In this document: positions 49,384 through 59,534 of the stretch, piece by piece
How the letters are laid out: each line of letters starts with the position of its first letter
How positions within the stretch are numbered: position 1 is the first letter of the stretch
Assembly: GCA_963764715.1 (NCBI GenBank)
Contig: CAVXTP010000012.1
Span: forward strand, 96,747 to 160,746
Length of the DNA stretch: 64,000 bases
Direction of reading: 5' to 3'
Origin: an uncultured Acidobacteriota bacterium
GTDB taxonomy: Bacteria > Acidobacteriota > Thermoanaerobaculia > UBA5066 > Gp7-AA6
Translations under genes and position numbers: made by a program
The notes under the pieces: generated by a model
Seen by the model: the letters and a program-made list of their open reading frames with translations, nothing else
The model's database searches: none
Told to the model about the DNA's origin: nothing

Positions 49384-50370
49384 TCAGGAGACGAACCACC
49401 GCAGGTCTCCTTTTCGCATCGGCGGGAACTCGGGCGCGGCCTCGAGCGGCACGACCTCGAGGCGAGCGAGCGCGTCGAGGATGCGGACCCGCTGCGCCCG
49501 CCCGCCGCGCGCCGGCACCTTCACGCCGCGCGCGTGGAACCCGACCTCGCCTCCCCGCGAGAGCAGCAGGAGCGCCTGGCCGGCGCAGCGCGCGACCGCG
49601 TTCTCGAACCGCGCGAGCGCCTCCGAATCGGCCGGCACGGGCAGCGCGTTGTCGACCGCGAGGAAGAGCACGCGGTCCCGCTCGGCCTCGCGCTCGCGCA
49701 CGATCCAGCGGCGCATCCGGGCCGACTGCTTCCAGTGCAGGTCGCGCGGGTCGTCGCCGGGCGAGAATTCGCGGAGCGTGCGGATGTCGGAGCCGCTGCC
49801 CCGGCCGCGGTGGAGCGTCCGACCGCCTCGCGCGTCTTCCGGCGGGACCTCGGGCGCCGAGGTCGCGATCGGCAGCGGATAGACCACGATCTCCCGGCCG
49901 AGACGCGCCTTGCGGTATTTGCGGAAGAGGCCCAGCGGAAAGCGCGACAGCAGCCCCGCATCCGCTTCCCGGTAAACGCCGCGGCGCGGGAAGGTCCCCT
50001 CGACGACCATCTCGCGCTTCTCGCCGGGGGCGAGCGGGTCGATCCAGAGCGGCCCCGGCAGCGCCTCGTGGAGGAAGAACAGGGCCTGCGCCTTGCCCGC
50101 CCGGAGCCGGTTTTCCAGCCGCAGCCGGAGCCAGGCCGGCCGCGTCGCCACGATTTCCCCGACGGCCTCGACCTCGCAGGCGACGCCCCGCACGTTGCGG
50201 CGCGAGAGCATGCCCGACACGATCATCGCCGCGAGCATCGCCGCCAGCACCATGTAGAGGCCGTTGTTGCCGGTGTTCGTCGCCGCGATCGCGACGACGA
50301 GGCACATGAGGATGTAGCCGAGCCCGAAGTTGGTGATCCGGATCTCCCAGTCCGGGATGAGACGGGTCAT
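49384..50370 (-). CDS. DUF58 protein
   Basis: AATNTGNN, SRFPLGLF, LREF.PGDD.R.LHWK.SAR. Confidence 0.92.
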   Translation of the reverse strand: MTRLIPDWEIRITNFGLGYILMCLVVAIAATNTGNNGLYMVLAAMLAAMIVSGMLSRRNVRGVACEVEAVGEIVATRPAWLRLRLENRLRAGKAQALFFLHEALPGPLWIDPLAPGEKREMVVEGTFPRRGVYREADAGLLSRFPLGLFRKYRKARLGREIVVYPLPIATSAPEVPPEDARGGRTLHRGRGSGSDIRTLREFSPGDDPRDLHWKQSARMRRWIVREREAERDRVLFLAVDNALPVPADSEALARFENAVARCAGQALLLLSRGGEVGFHARGVKVPARGGRAQRVRILDALARLEVVPLEAAPEFPPMRKGDLRWFVS

Positions 50371-50377
50371 GCCGAGG

Positions 50378-50465
50378 GAAGGAGGCAGGACGCAGGACGC
50401 AGGAGGCAGGACGAGGCTCGATTCGACGTCTTTCCCGCCGCCTGCCGCCCGCCGTCTGCCTCCCG
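50378..50465. repeat. Inverted heptamer tandem repeats
   Basis: (GGCAGGA/CGCAGGA)n then (CCGCCTG/CCGTCTG)n. Confidence 0.7.
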
Positions 50466-50470
50466 ATTCT

Positions 50471-51412
50471 TCACACCGGCACCGGGACCTGCGCCAGGAT
50501 CTTCCGCACGATCTCCTTCTCGCGGCCCCCGGCTCCGAACCCGTCCGACGAGACCGAGAGGATCCGATGCGCGAGGACGGCCTCCGCGACCGCGTGGGCG
50601 TCGTCCGGCGTGGCGTAGGTGCGTCCCTGGAGGAGGGCGTGGGCCTGGACCGCCCGGTAGAGCGCCTGGGCGCCGCGGGTCGAGACCGGCAGGCGCAGCT
50701 CCGCGGTCTTCCGCGTCGCCTGCACGATCGCGTGGAGGTAGTCGAGCAGGCGCTCGGCGACCGTCACGGTCTCGGTCGCGTCCTGGAGCTCGAGGACCTG
50801 CGCGGGCGACAGGACCGCCGGGATCGCGGCGAGCACCCGCTCGGTGCCCCCGCGGCGCAGGAGCATCTTCTCTTCCTCCTCGGCCGGGTAACCCAGGGAG
50901 AGGCGGAGGAAGAACCGGTCCATCTGCGACTCGGGCAGCGGGTAGGTCCCGAGGTACTCGACGGGATTCTGCGTCGCGACGACCATGAAGGGGTGCGGCA
51001 GCGGCCGGCGCTCCGACTCGACCGTGACCGCTCCCTCGTTCATCGCTTCGAGCAGGGCCGACTGCGTCTTCGGCGTGGCCCGGTTGATCTCGTCGGCGAG
51101 GACGATGTTGGCGAAGATCGGCCCGGGGTGAAACTCGAACCGGTCGCTGCCCGCGTGGAAGACCGAGATGCCGATGACGTCGGCCGGCAGCGTGTCGCTC
51201 GTGAACTGGATCCGCCGGAAATCGAGCGACAGGCTGCGCCCGAGCGCCCGGGCGAGCGTCGTCTTGCCGACGCCGGGCACGTCCTCGATCAGCACGTGCC
51301 CCCGGGCGAGCAGGGCCGTCAGCACGAGGTCGACCGCCCGGACCTCGCCGCGGTACGCCAGGCCCACGTTCTCGCGCAGGCGCGCGAGGGCCGCAGCCGT
51401 CGGAGTCGTCAT
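50471..51412 (-). CDS. MoxR-family AAA+ ATPase
   Basis: DVPGVGKT, RIQFT.D, DEINRA, GTYPLPESQMDRF. Confidence 0.95.
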   Translation of the reverse strand: MTTPTAAALARLRENVGLAYRGEVRAVDLVLTALLARGHVLIEDVPGVGKTTLARALGRSLSLDFRRIQFTSDTLPADVIGISVFHAGSDRFEFHPGPIFANIVLADEINRATPKTQSALLEAMNEGAVTVESERRPLPHPFMVVATQNPVEYLGTYPLPESQMDRFFLRLSLGYPAEEEEKMLLRRGGTERVLAAIPAVLSPAQVLELQDATETVTVAERLLDYLHAIVQATRKTAELRLPVSTRGAQALYRAVQAHALLQGRTYATPDDAHAVAEAVLAHRILSVSSDGFGAGGREKEIVRKILAQVPVPV

Positions 51413-52365
51413 CGGCGGGAATTCTCCTCGTCCTTGAGCCGGGCGACGGCCGCCCGCAGCTCCGTTTCGCGCTCGAAGGGCATCACGAGGAGGCCGTCCT
51501 CGCCCGAGACGATGGCCGTGTCGCGCACCCCCGGCGCGAGCACCGGCACGTCGGAGAGGACGAGGTTCCCCTCCGCGGAGGCGCCGCGCAGGTCGCGCAC
51601 CGAGCGCCACGTGCCGACGTCGCTCCAGCCCGCGTCGAGCGGCACGGCGCGCACCCCCGCGGCCTTCTCCATCACGGCGAAGTCGAACGAAATGTCCGGA
51701 AGGCCCGCGTAGTCGGCGCCGGCCCCGCTCGCGACGTAGCGCTCGACGCCGGCGAGCAGCTCGGGCGCGACGCGACGGGCCTCGGCGAGCAGGCGCGAGG
51801 GCCGGAAGACGAAGATGCCGGCGTTCCAGAGGTGGCGGCCGGAGCCGGCGAGCGCGCGGGCGTTCTCGCGGTCCGGCTTCTCGACGAAGCGGAGGACCGC
51901 GCCGTCGCGCACTTCGATGTACCCGAAGTCCGTCTCGGCGCGGCTCGGCGGGACGGCGAGGATCACGACCGACGCGCGGTCCGCCTCCTTCCCGGCCTCG
52001 TCGAGCGCGCGGCGCAACGCCTCGTCGTCGCGGACGGTCTGGTCCGTCGGGATCGTGGCGGTGACGGGGTCGCCGTCGGCCGAAAACCGAGCGGCGGCCG
52101 CGAGGATCGCGGGCCCCGAGTTGCGCCGGACGGGCTCGGCGAGGATGCGGTCGGCCGGCATGTCCGGGAGCTCGGCGGCGACCAGGGGGGCGTGGCGTTC
52201 CGAGGTCGCCGCCCAGACGTCGCGCGAGAGCGGCCGCACCCGTGCGTGAGTCTCGGCGAGGAGGCTCCGGTCCGACAGCAGCGGCAGAAACTGCTTGGGG
52301 CGCGCCTCCGTCGAAAGTGGCCAGAGCCGCGTTCCCCCGCCGCCCGCCATGAGGAGGATCCTCAT
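51409..52365 (-). CDS. manC: Mannose-1-phosphate guanylyltransferase (no isomerase domain)
   Basis: AGGGGTRLWPLS..PKQF, FVEKP, WNAGIF, GWSDVGTW. Confidence 0.88.
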   Translation of the reverse strand: MRILLMAGGGGTRLWPLSTEARPKQFLPLLSDRSLLAETHARVRPLSRDVWAATSERHAPLVAAELPDMPADRILAEPVRRNSGPAILAAAARFSADGDPVTATIPTDQTVRDDEALRRALDEAGKEADRASVVILAVPPSRAETDFGYIEVRDGAVLRFVEKPDRENARALAGSGRHLWNAGIFVFRPSRLLAEARRVAPELLAGVERYVASGAGADYAGLPDISFDFAVMEKAAGVRAVPLDAGWSDVGTWRSVRDLRGASAEGNLVLSDVPVLAPGVRDTAIVSGEDGLLVMPFERETELRAAVARLKDEENSRR

Positions 52366-52374
52366 GGCTCGACC

Positions 52375-52457
52375 GGGCGGGGACGAGCCCCGCCCCTACG
52401 ACCGGGGGAAGGTCTCCTCGCGGCCTTCGTTCGTAGGGGCGGCCCTTGTGGCCGCCC
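52375..52457. repeat. GTAG-type REP doublet
   Basis: GGGCGGGGACGAGCCCCGCCCCTAC ... GTAGGGGCGGCCCTTGTGGCCGCCC. Confidence 0.8.
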
Positions 52458-52462
52458 TCTCT

Positions 52463-53365
52463 TCACTCCCATTTCACGCCCAGCATTTCCACTTCGGGCA
52501 ACAGGGTAACCCCGAACTTCGCCCGGACCGCGTCCCTCATCCTCCGCATCAGGACGAGGACGTCCTCGGCCCGCGCGCCGCCCGTGTTCACGATCACATT
52601 GGCGTGCCGCGGCGAGATGAGCGCCCCGCCCTCCCGTTCTCCCTTCAGGCCGCAGGCCTCGATGAGCCGGCCCGCGTAGTCGCCCTCCGGGTTCTTGAAG
52701 ACGCTGCCCGCGTTGGGCTCGGACGGCAGCGCGCCCCGGCGCTTGTCCGCCACCGTCCGGGTCTTCGCCTGGATCTCCGCGCGCGGGGCCCGCGCGAGCT
52801 TCAGCACCGCCAGGCTGACGATCTCGCGCGTCTCGATGAGCTTCGACCACCGGTAGCCGTGCGGGACCTCCGACGCCGCCACGGCGCGGCTCTCCCCCGA
52901 TCGCGAGACCAGGCGCAGGCTCTCGAGAACGTCGAAGATCTCCCCGCCGTACGCGCCGGCGTTGATCCTCACGGCCCCGCCGATCGACGACGGGATCCCG
53001 GAGATCGCCTCGAGGCCCGAGAGCTCGGCGCGCGCCGCCGCCGCGCACACCCCGCCGAGCGGAGCGCCGCCGCCGGCCCGGACCGTCTCGCCCTCGATCT
53101 CGACCTTCAGGAAGTCGCCCTCGAGCCTCAATACGTAGCCCGGGAAGCCCGCGTCGGAGACCAGGATGTTGGATCCCATCCCCAGGATCGTCAGCGGCTC
53201 GCCGGTGCGGAACACCTCGGCGAGAATCCGCCCGAGGCCGGCCTCGGTCCTGACGCGGCAGAAGAAGCGCGCGGGCCCGCCGATCCGCCAGGTCGTGTGG
53301 CGCGACAGCGGCTCCTCGCGCTCGACCGAGCCCTCCCCGGGCGCGAGGTCCGGACTCAGGCCCAT
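52463..53365 (-). CDS. murB: UDP-N-acetylenolpyruvoylglucosamine reductase
   Basis: HTTWRIGGPA, GSN, NAGAYG, AGSVFKNP, HANVIVN. Confidence 0.95.
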   Translation of the reverse strand: MGLSPDLAPGEGSVEREEPLSRHTTWRIGGPARFFCRVRTEAGLGRILAEVFRTGEPLTILGMGSNILVSDAGFPGYVLRLEGDFLKVEIEGETVRAGGGAPLGGVCAAAARAELSGLEAISGIPSSIGGAVRINAGAYGGEIFDVLESLRLVSRSGESRAVAASEVPHGYRWSKLIETREIVSLAVLKLARAPRAEIQAKTRTVADKRRGALPSEPNAGSVFKNPEGDYAGRLIEACGLKGEREGGALISPRHANVIVNTGGARAEDVLVLMRRMRDAVRAKFGVTLLPEVEMLGVKWE

Positions 53366-53856
53366 CGGGAGGCGATCGCGAGCAGGGCCGCAGCGTAGGC
53401 GCCGCCGAGGAGGTCGTCGGCGACGACTCCCCAGCCGCCCGGAAGGTCCTGGAGAGGTCGGATCCCGAGAGGCTTGACCACGTCGAAGAAGCGGAAGAGG
53501 AGAAACGAGGCGGCCCAGGACCACCAGGGCGCCCCGGCGACAAGGACCGCGCCGGCGCACGCCACGAGCTGGCCGGCGATCTCGTCGATCACGATGCAGC
53601 CCGGGTCTTCCGTCCCGAGGGCGAGGCTCACCGGCCCCGAGACGGCGACGCCGACGAGCCCGACCGCGAGCCCGGACATCAAGAGTCCGACCGGCGAGCC
53701 GACAATCGACCCGTGGGACGCGAGAAACCAGGCGCCGGCGAGGCCGACGAGCGAGCCGGCGGTGCCCGGAGCCACCGGCGAGAGGCCGGCGCCGAAGCCG
53801 GTGGCGAGCAGCGCGGCGAAGGGTCGCGCGGCGAAGGCGCGGCGGGCCTGCGACAT
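53356..53856 (-). CDS. pgpA: Phosphatidylglycerophosphatase A
   Basis: PVAPGTAGS, DPGCIVIDE, FRFFDVVKP, GVVADD. Confidence 0.93.
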   Translation of the reverse strand: MSQARRAFAARPFAALLATGFGAGLSPVAPGTAGSLVGLAGAWFLASHGSIVGSPVGLLMSGLAVGLVGVAVSGPVSLALGTEDPGCIVIDEIAGQLVACAGAVLVAGAPWWSWAASFLLFRFFDVVKPLGIRPLQDLPGGWGVVADDLLGGAYAAALLAIASRWA

Positions 53857-53979
53857 TGACACCGGGTCGTGCCGGAGAGAAGATCCGTGTGTCCTCATCG
53901 CGTCCTGCGGTGCCTCTTCCGAAGTCTATAATCGCGCGGAATCGCGCGGAGTTTCTCTTCCAGCCAGAAAGGTGAGGAC

Positions 53980-55065
53980 ATGTCCAGCGTGAAAAGCAAC
54001 GAGAAGTGGCGCGCCGTCGAAACGGCGCTGACGCAGATCGAGCGGCAGTTCGGCAAGGGTTCCATCATGCGCCTCGGCGAGCGGCCCGAGCAGGTCATCG
54101 CCGTGATCCCGACCGGTTCGCTCGGGGTCGACGTGGCGCTCGGCGTCGGCGGCATCCCGCGCGGCCGCGTCATCGAGATCTTCGGCCCGGAGTCGTCGGG
54201 CAAGACGACGCTCTCCCTGCAGGTCATCGCCCAGGCCCAGAAGGCCGGGGGCCTCGCGGCCTTCGTCGACGCCGAGCACGCGCTCGACGCCGACTACGCG
54301 AAGAAGCTCGGGGTCGACACCGACAACCTCCTCGTCTCGCAGCCCGACAACGGCGAGCAGGCCCTCGAGATCACCGAGATGCTCATCCGCTCCGGGGCGA
54401 TCGACGTCGTCGTCATCGATTCGGTCGCGGCCCTCGTGCCGAAGGCCGAGATCGAGGGCGAGATGGGCGAGGCGCAGATGGGCCTCCAGGCCCGCCTGAT
54501 GTCCCAGGCCCTGCGCAAGCTCACGGCGATCGTCTCCAAGTCGCGCACGAGCCTGATCTTCATCAACCAGATCCGCGAGAAGATCGGCGTCATGTTCGGC
54601 AACCCCGAGACGACGACCGGAGGCCGGGCGCTCAAGTTCTACTCGACGATCCGCATCGACATCCGCCGGATCGCGTCGCTGAAGGACGGCGACACGGTCG
54701 TCGGGTCGCGGACCAAGGTCAAGGTCGTCAAGAACAAGGTCGCCTCGCCCTTCCGGCAGGCGGAGTTCGACATCAACTACGGCGAAGGCATCTCCCGCGA
54801 GGGCGAGCTCATCGACATGGGCATCGAGGCGAAGATCGTGGAGAAGTCGGGGGCGTGGCTGTCCTACGGAGATCTGCGCATCGGCCAGGGACGCGAGAAC
54901 GCCAAGCAGTTCCTGAAGGACAACCCCGAGCTCGCCGCCGAGATCGAGCGCAAGCTCCGGATCAGCCTCGGCATCCCCGTGGCCGAAGCGCCGTCGCCGG
55001 CCCCGGCGGCCCCGCCGCCGGCGATCGCCGAGGCGGTCAAGGAGAAGGAGAAGGCCCGGCGGTAG
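53980..55065 (+). CDS. recA: Recombinase RecA
   Basis: [37 protein letters not shown]. Confidence 0.99.
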   Translation: MSSVKSNEKWRAVETALTQIERQFGKGSIMRLGERPEQVIAVIPTGSLGVDVALGVGGIPRGRVIEIFGPESSGKTTLSLQVIAQAQKAGGLAAFVDAEHALDADYAKKLGVDTDNLLVSQPDNGEQALEITEMLIRSGAIDVVVIDSVAALVPKAEIEGEMGEAQMGLQARLMSQALRKLTAIVSKSRTSLIFINQIREKIGVMFGNPETTTGGRALKFYSTIRIDIRRIASLKDGDTVVGSRTKVKVVKNKVASPFRQAEFDINYGEGISREGELIDMGIEAKIVEKSGAWLSYGDLRIGQGRENAKQFLKDNPELAAEIERKLRISLGIPVAEAPSPAPAAPPPAIAEAVKEKEKARR

Positions 55066-55115
55066 CCGACAACCGGCGGGAATCGGGAACAACCTTTGCT
55101 TTACTGTCGTTCCCG

Positions 55116-57887
55116 ATGACGATGAAATCGCCTCCAAGCGCCCGCCTCCTCGCGGGCGCTTTTCTTTTGCTCGCCGCCGCCGCGCCGGCCCGGGCCGCGG
55201 AGCCGCTGAAGCTGGCGCTCGAGCGCCCCGGCGGGCCGTGCGAAACGCCCGCGCCCGGAACGGCCTTCGGCTTCCTGCCGCTGGCGGAAAAGCGGCCCGA
55301 GGGAGCCGGGGCCGCGGGCTGCGTCGTCGAGGTCTCGCTCGCCGGACTGACCGACGAGGAGCTCGACGACGCGGCGGCCCGGCTCACGACCGCGAGCTCG
55401 TCGCCCGCGCTGATCCTGACGATCCCGGCCGCGGAGCTCGAGCGCACCGTCTACGCGATCAAGCGGCTCGCCTCGTCCTTCCGCGCCGCGTCGCTCGAGG
55501 GGAAGATCGGCCTCGCGCGCGGCGAGCCCCTCCCGCCGGAAACGGACGAGGAGCTCGCGGCCTACGTCGATGCCCTGGTCCTCGCGCCCGGCGGACGGCT
55601 CCCGGCCGACTCGGCCCGCGCGGCGTGGGTCCGGACGCCGGCGTCGGAGACGCTCTCCCCGATCGCCGCCGCCCTCCAGGCGCTCCAGTCGACGCCCGGC
55701 GCCGCCCTCGTCGCCGTGCCCTCGGGAGGACGCACCGTCACCGACGCGGACACCGCCACCCTCTCGCGCCTGCAGCGGTACTTCACGGGCGACGTCTCGC
55801 CTGACCCGACGGCGACGACGCGGACGCGCCGCGACGGCTCGACCGCTCCGGTGCTGCGCTACTTCGACGCCAAGGCCTTCACGCCGATCCTGTTCCTGCC
55901 GGACGATCCGTCGGGCGAGGCGCGCATCGCGCTCTCGGGCGGCCCGTTCCAGAAGGCGTCGGTCGAGAACCTCGCGAGCGGCGTGCGCCGCGACTTCGAG
56001 CTCAAGGGCGCGCCGGTCCTCACGCTCGACCTCTCGCGGGGCCCGCTCGCCGTCGTGCTGACGCCGGCGGCCCGACCCGGCGGCGAGACGAAGGCGGCCG
56101 TCGACGTCGGCGCCGTCCGCGGCCTGACCGCCGACGAGATCGTGGCCCGCGAGCGCGGCTGGGAGGCCGGCCAGCGCGAGAAGGTCCGCACGTACACGGC
56201 GCTGATGGAGTCGTCCCTCCGGTTCCGCGTGGCCTCGCTGCCGGGAAGCCTCGACCTGACGATCCGCGGCCCGTACTTCTTCGAGCGGGGACAGGCCCCC
56301 GACTGGGCCTGGGAGGAGTTCTACCTCAACGGCGTGCGCTGGAAGGGGCGCACGATCCCGAAGCTGCCGATCCTGCAGCCCGACAAGGTCACGACGCTTC
56401 CGCTCGACATCCGGCTGACCGAGGAATACGAGTACGAGCTCGCCGGAGAGACGACGGTCGACGGCCGGCCGGCCTACCGCGTGGACTTCCGCCCGCGCTC
56501 GACCGTCGGGGACAAGCCGATCTACCGGGGCACGGCGTGGATCGACCGGGAGACCTTCGCGCTCCTGCGCCGCGAATCGATCCAGCTCAACCTCAAGGGC
56601 GACACCCTCTCGAACGTGCAGACCGAGTACTACCGCGACGTGCCGGACAACCCGGGCCTCGTGCTGCCGCTCGAGATCCGGGGCCAGCAGGTCTTCTCGA
56701 CGGCCGGGCGGACGACCGCGATCGAACGCAGGGTCACCATGACCGGCGTCCGGCTCAACCCGGAGGACTACGCGGAGCGTCTCAAGGAGGCTTACGCCTC
56801 GAAGTCGCAGATGGTCCGCGACACCGACGACGGCCTGCGGTATCTCGTCCCGGACCCCGACAAGCCGGAGGAACGCCAGGTCGAGAACAAGCTGACCCGC
56901 AAGAGCCTCATCGGCGTCGTCGGCGCCTTCTACCAGCGGGGCCAGGACTACCCCTTCCCCCTCCTCGGCCTCCAGTACTTCAACTTCGACATGTGGGGGA
57001 AGAACAAGCAGCTCTCGGTGTTCTTCTTCGGCTCGATCCTCTTCGCCAACTACACGGACCCGTCTTTCCTGGGGACCCACTTCGACCTCGGCATGGACGC
57101 CTTCGGCGTGGCGATCCCGTTCGTCGAGACCGAGTACCGCGACGGCATCGAGTTCAAGTCCGGGTCCGTCAAGCACCTGCCCGAGTACCTTTCGCTGAAC
57201 ATGGGCCATCCGCTCGGCCCGTACCTGAAAGCGTCGCTCAACTTCTTCTCGCAGTACGACGGCTACAAGGCGACCAACGACACGTCGCCCGAGTTCGTGG
57301 TTCCCGTCGACACCTTCACGCTCGGCGCGGGGCTGCGGCTGAACTGGAGCCAGGACGGCTACAACCTCGCGGCCAACGCCGGCTACTACTCGCGGCAGAA
57401 GTGGGAGCCCTGGGGCGACCCCCTGTACTTCAGCTACGAGCCGACGCAGAAGGACTACTGGAAGTACTCGGTCGAGCTGACGAAGGGCTTCTACTTCGAG
57501 AACTTCCGGAAGCTCCTCGTCAAGCTGTCGTACCTCGACGGCCAGGACCTCGACCGCTGGTCGCAGTGGGACTTCGGCCCGTTCTCGTCGACCGCCCTGA
57601 CGGGATTCCCGAGCGGCACCGTGCTCGCCGACCGGGCCTACGAGGCGATCATCTCCTACGGCATCAACATCCAGGAGATCGTCCGCTTCGAAGTCGAGTA
57701 CGGCCAGGCCGTCGTCACGAACCGGTTCGCGGGCGACACCAACGCGTACTACTCGGGCATCGGCATCACGACGTCGTTCAACGGTCCGTGGGACGGCACG
57801 CGCATCCGCGCCGACGCCGGCTACCCGGTCGTCGCGCGGGGCGTCCACGGCTTCACGATCAACGTCCAGCTGCTCAAGGTTTTCTAG
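55116..57887 (+). CDS. Large secreted/outer-membrane protein with a LolA/MucB-like middle region and a C-terminal beta-barrel
   Basis: Signal peptide APARA, alternating aromatic beta-strands, terminal Phe (INVQLLKVF). Confidence 0.7.
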   Translation: MTMKSPPSARLLAGAFLLLAAAAPARAAEPLKLALERPGGPCETPAPGTAFGFLPLAEKRPEGAGAAGCVVEVSLAGLTDEELDDAAARLTTASSSPALILTIPAAELERTVYAIKRLASSFRAASLEGKIGLARGEPLPPETDEELAAYVDALVLAPGGRLPADSARAAWVRTPASETLSPIAAALQALQSTPGAALVAVPSGGRTVTDADTATLSRLQRYFTGDVSPDPTATTRTRRDGSTAPVLRYFDAKAFTPILFLPDDPSGEARIALSGGPFQKASVENLASGVRRDFELKGAPVLTLDLSRGPLAVVLTPAARPGGETKAAVDVGAVRGLTADEIVARERGWEAGQREKVRTYTALMESSLRFRVASLPGSLDLTIRGPYFFERGQAPDWAWEEFYLNGVRWKGRTIPKLPILQPDKVTTLPLDIRLTEEYEYELAGETTVDGRPAYRVDFRPRSTVGDKPIYRGTAWIDRETFALLRRESIQLNLKGDTLSNVQTEYYRDVPDNPGLVLPLEIRGQQVFSTAGRTTAIERRVTMTGVRLNPEDYAERLKEAYASKSQMVRDTDDGLRYLVPDPDKPEERQVENKLTRKSLIGVVGAFYQRGQDYPFPLLGLQYFNFDMWGKNKQLSVFFFGSILFANYTDPSFLGTHFDLGMDAFGVAIPFVETEYRDGIEFKSGSVKHLPEYLSLNMGHPLGPYLKASLNFFSQYDGYKATNDTSPEFVVPVDTFTLGAGLRLNWSQDGYNLAANAGYYSRQKWEPWGDPLYFSYEPTQKDYWKYSVELTKGFYFENFRKLLVKLSYLDGQDLDRWSQWDFGPFSSTALTGFPSGTVLADRAYEAIISYGINIQEIVRFEVEYGQAVVTNRFAGDTNAYYSGIGITTSFNGPWDGTRIRADAGYPVVARGVHGFTINVQLLKVF

Positions 57888-57957
57888 GAGCGCCGGGATC
57901 CGCGGCGGCGCGCCGGGCCGCCGGATTCCGGTTTCGCCCCTGCTATAGTCCGCGCGC

Positions 57958-59532
57958 ATGGTCGAGCCGATTCCCATGCCCTCCGCCGTGACGCCCGTGC
58001 GGCGCGCGCTCGTCTCCGTGTACGACAAGGTCGGGATCGCCGAGCTCGGCCGCGCCCTCGCGGCCCGCGACATCGAGATCGTTTCGACCGGCGGGACCGC
58101 CGCGCACCTGAAGGAGGCCGGCGTCCCCGTCGCGCTCGTCGAGGAGAAGACGGGCTTCCCCGAGATCCTCGGCGGCCGGGTCAAGACGCTGCACCCGAAG
58201 ATCTTCGGCGGCGTGCTCGCCGACGACTCCCGCGACGACCACGCGAAAGACCTCGCCGCGAGCGCGATCGAGGCCGTCGACCTCGTGGTCGTGAACCTCT
58301 ACCCCTTCGAGAAGACCGTCGCGGCCGGCAAGGGGCGCGCCGAGGTCGTCGAGATGATCGACATCGGCGGGCCCGCGATGATCCGGGCCGCGGCCAAGAA
58401 CCACGGGCGGGTCGCGGTCGTCGTCGACCCGGCCGACTACGAGGCCGTGCTCGAGGAGATCCGGCTGACGGGCGGCACGAAGCTCTCGACCCGCGAGCGC
58501 CTGGCCGCCCGGGCCTTCGCCCGCACCGCCTCCTACGACGCCACGATCGCCGGCTACTTCGCGAGCTCCGTGCGCGAGCCGTACGACTTCCCGGAGAGCC
58601 TCGTTTTCGCCTTCGACCGCGTGGGGGCCCTGCGCTACGGCGAGAACCCCCACCAGCGAGCGGCGCTCTACGCCTTTCCGTCGGCCCCGCCCGACGCCCT
58701 CGTTCGCTTCCAGATGCTCCAGGGCAAGGAGCTGTCCTTCAACAACCTCCTCGACCTCGACTCCGCCGTGCAGCTCGCCCGCGACTTCGAGGGCCCGGCC
58801 GCGGTCATCGTCAAGCACAACAACCCCTGCGGCGTCGCCGTGGGCGACACGATCTCCGAGGCGTTCGGCCGCGCCTTCGCGTGCGACCCGCTGGCCGCCT
58901 TCGGCGGGATCATCGCGATCCGCGGCCAGGTCGACGGCGCGCTCGCCTCGCTCGTGCTCCAGCACTTCGTCGAGGTCGTCGCCGCCGACGACTTCACCGA
59001 CGAGGCGCTCTCCTACTTCGCCAAGAAGCCCAACATCCGCCTCCTCCGCGTGCCGGTCTCGCGCCGGCCGGCGCACGGCCTCGACTGGAAGCGGATCGAG
59101 GGCGGGCTCCTCCTGCAGGACGCCGACTCGGAGCCCGACGCGAGCTCGGCCTGGAAGCTCGTCTCGCAGCGCAAGCCCACGGCCGTCGAGCGCGCCGCCC
59201 TCGAGCTCGCGTGGAAGGTCGCGCGCCGCGTGAAGTCGAACGCCATCGTCCTCGCCAACGCCCGCCAGACGATCGGCATCGGCGCCGGCCAGATGAGCCG
59301 CGTCGACGCCTGCCGCCTCGCCGTGACCAAGCCCGTGCTTCCGATCGTCAACTGCGGCGCGGCCTCCGACGCGTTCTTCCCGTTCCGGGACGGCGTCGAC
59401 ATCCTGGCGGAAGCCGGAGTCACCGCCGCGGTCGCGCCGGGCGGCTCGATCCGCGACGCCGAGATCATCGCCGCGGCCGACGAGCGGAACATGGCGTTCC
59501 TGATGGCGCCCCGCCGCCACTTCCGGCACTAG
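57958..59532 (+). CDS. purH: Bifunctional AICAR transformylase/IMP cyclohydrolase
   Basis: RALVSVYDK, GRVKTLHP, LRYGENPHQ, RHFRH. Confidence 0.98.
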   Translation: MVEPIPMPSAVTPVRRALVSVYDKVGIAELGRALAARDIEIVSTGGTAAHLKEAGVPVALVEEKTGFPEILGGRVKTLHPKIFGGVLADDSRDDHAKDLAASAIEAVDLVVVNLYPFEKTVAAGKGRAEVVEMIDIGGPAMIRAAAKNHGRVAVVVDPADYEAVLEEIRLTGGTKLSTRERLAARAFARTASYDATIAGYFASSVREPYDFPESLVFAFDRVGALRYGENPHQRAALYAFPSAPPDALVRFQMLQGKELSFNNLLDLDSAVQLARDFEGPAAVIVKHNNPCGVAVGDTISEAFGRAFACDPLAAFGGIIAIRGQVDGALASLVLQHFVEVVAADDFTDEALSYFAKKPNIRLLRVPVSRRPAHGLDWKRIEGGLLLQDADSEPDASSAWKLVSQRKPTAVERAALELAWKVARRVKSNAIVLANARQTIGIGAGQMSRVDACRLAVTKPVLPIVNCGAASDAFFPFRDGVDILAEAGVTAAVAPGGSIRDAEIIAAADERNMAFLMAPRRHFRH

Positions 59533-59534
59533 CG

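Noticed and set aside
47372-51412. MoxR-DUF58-transglutaminase as a novel system
   Set aside because: A widespread, already described gene triad
54006-55115. Apparent 1293-aa protein overlapping recA
   Set aside because: The first 370 codons are an off-frame shadow of recA; the real start with a signal peptide is at 55116 or 55122
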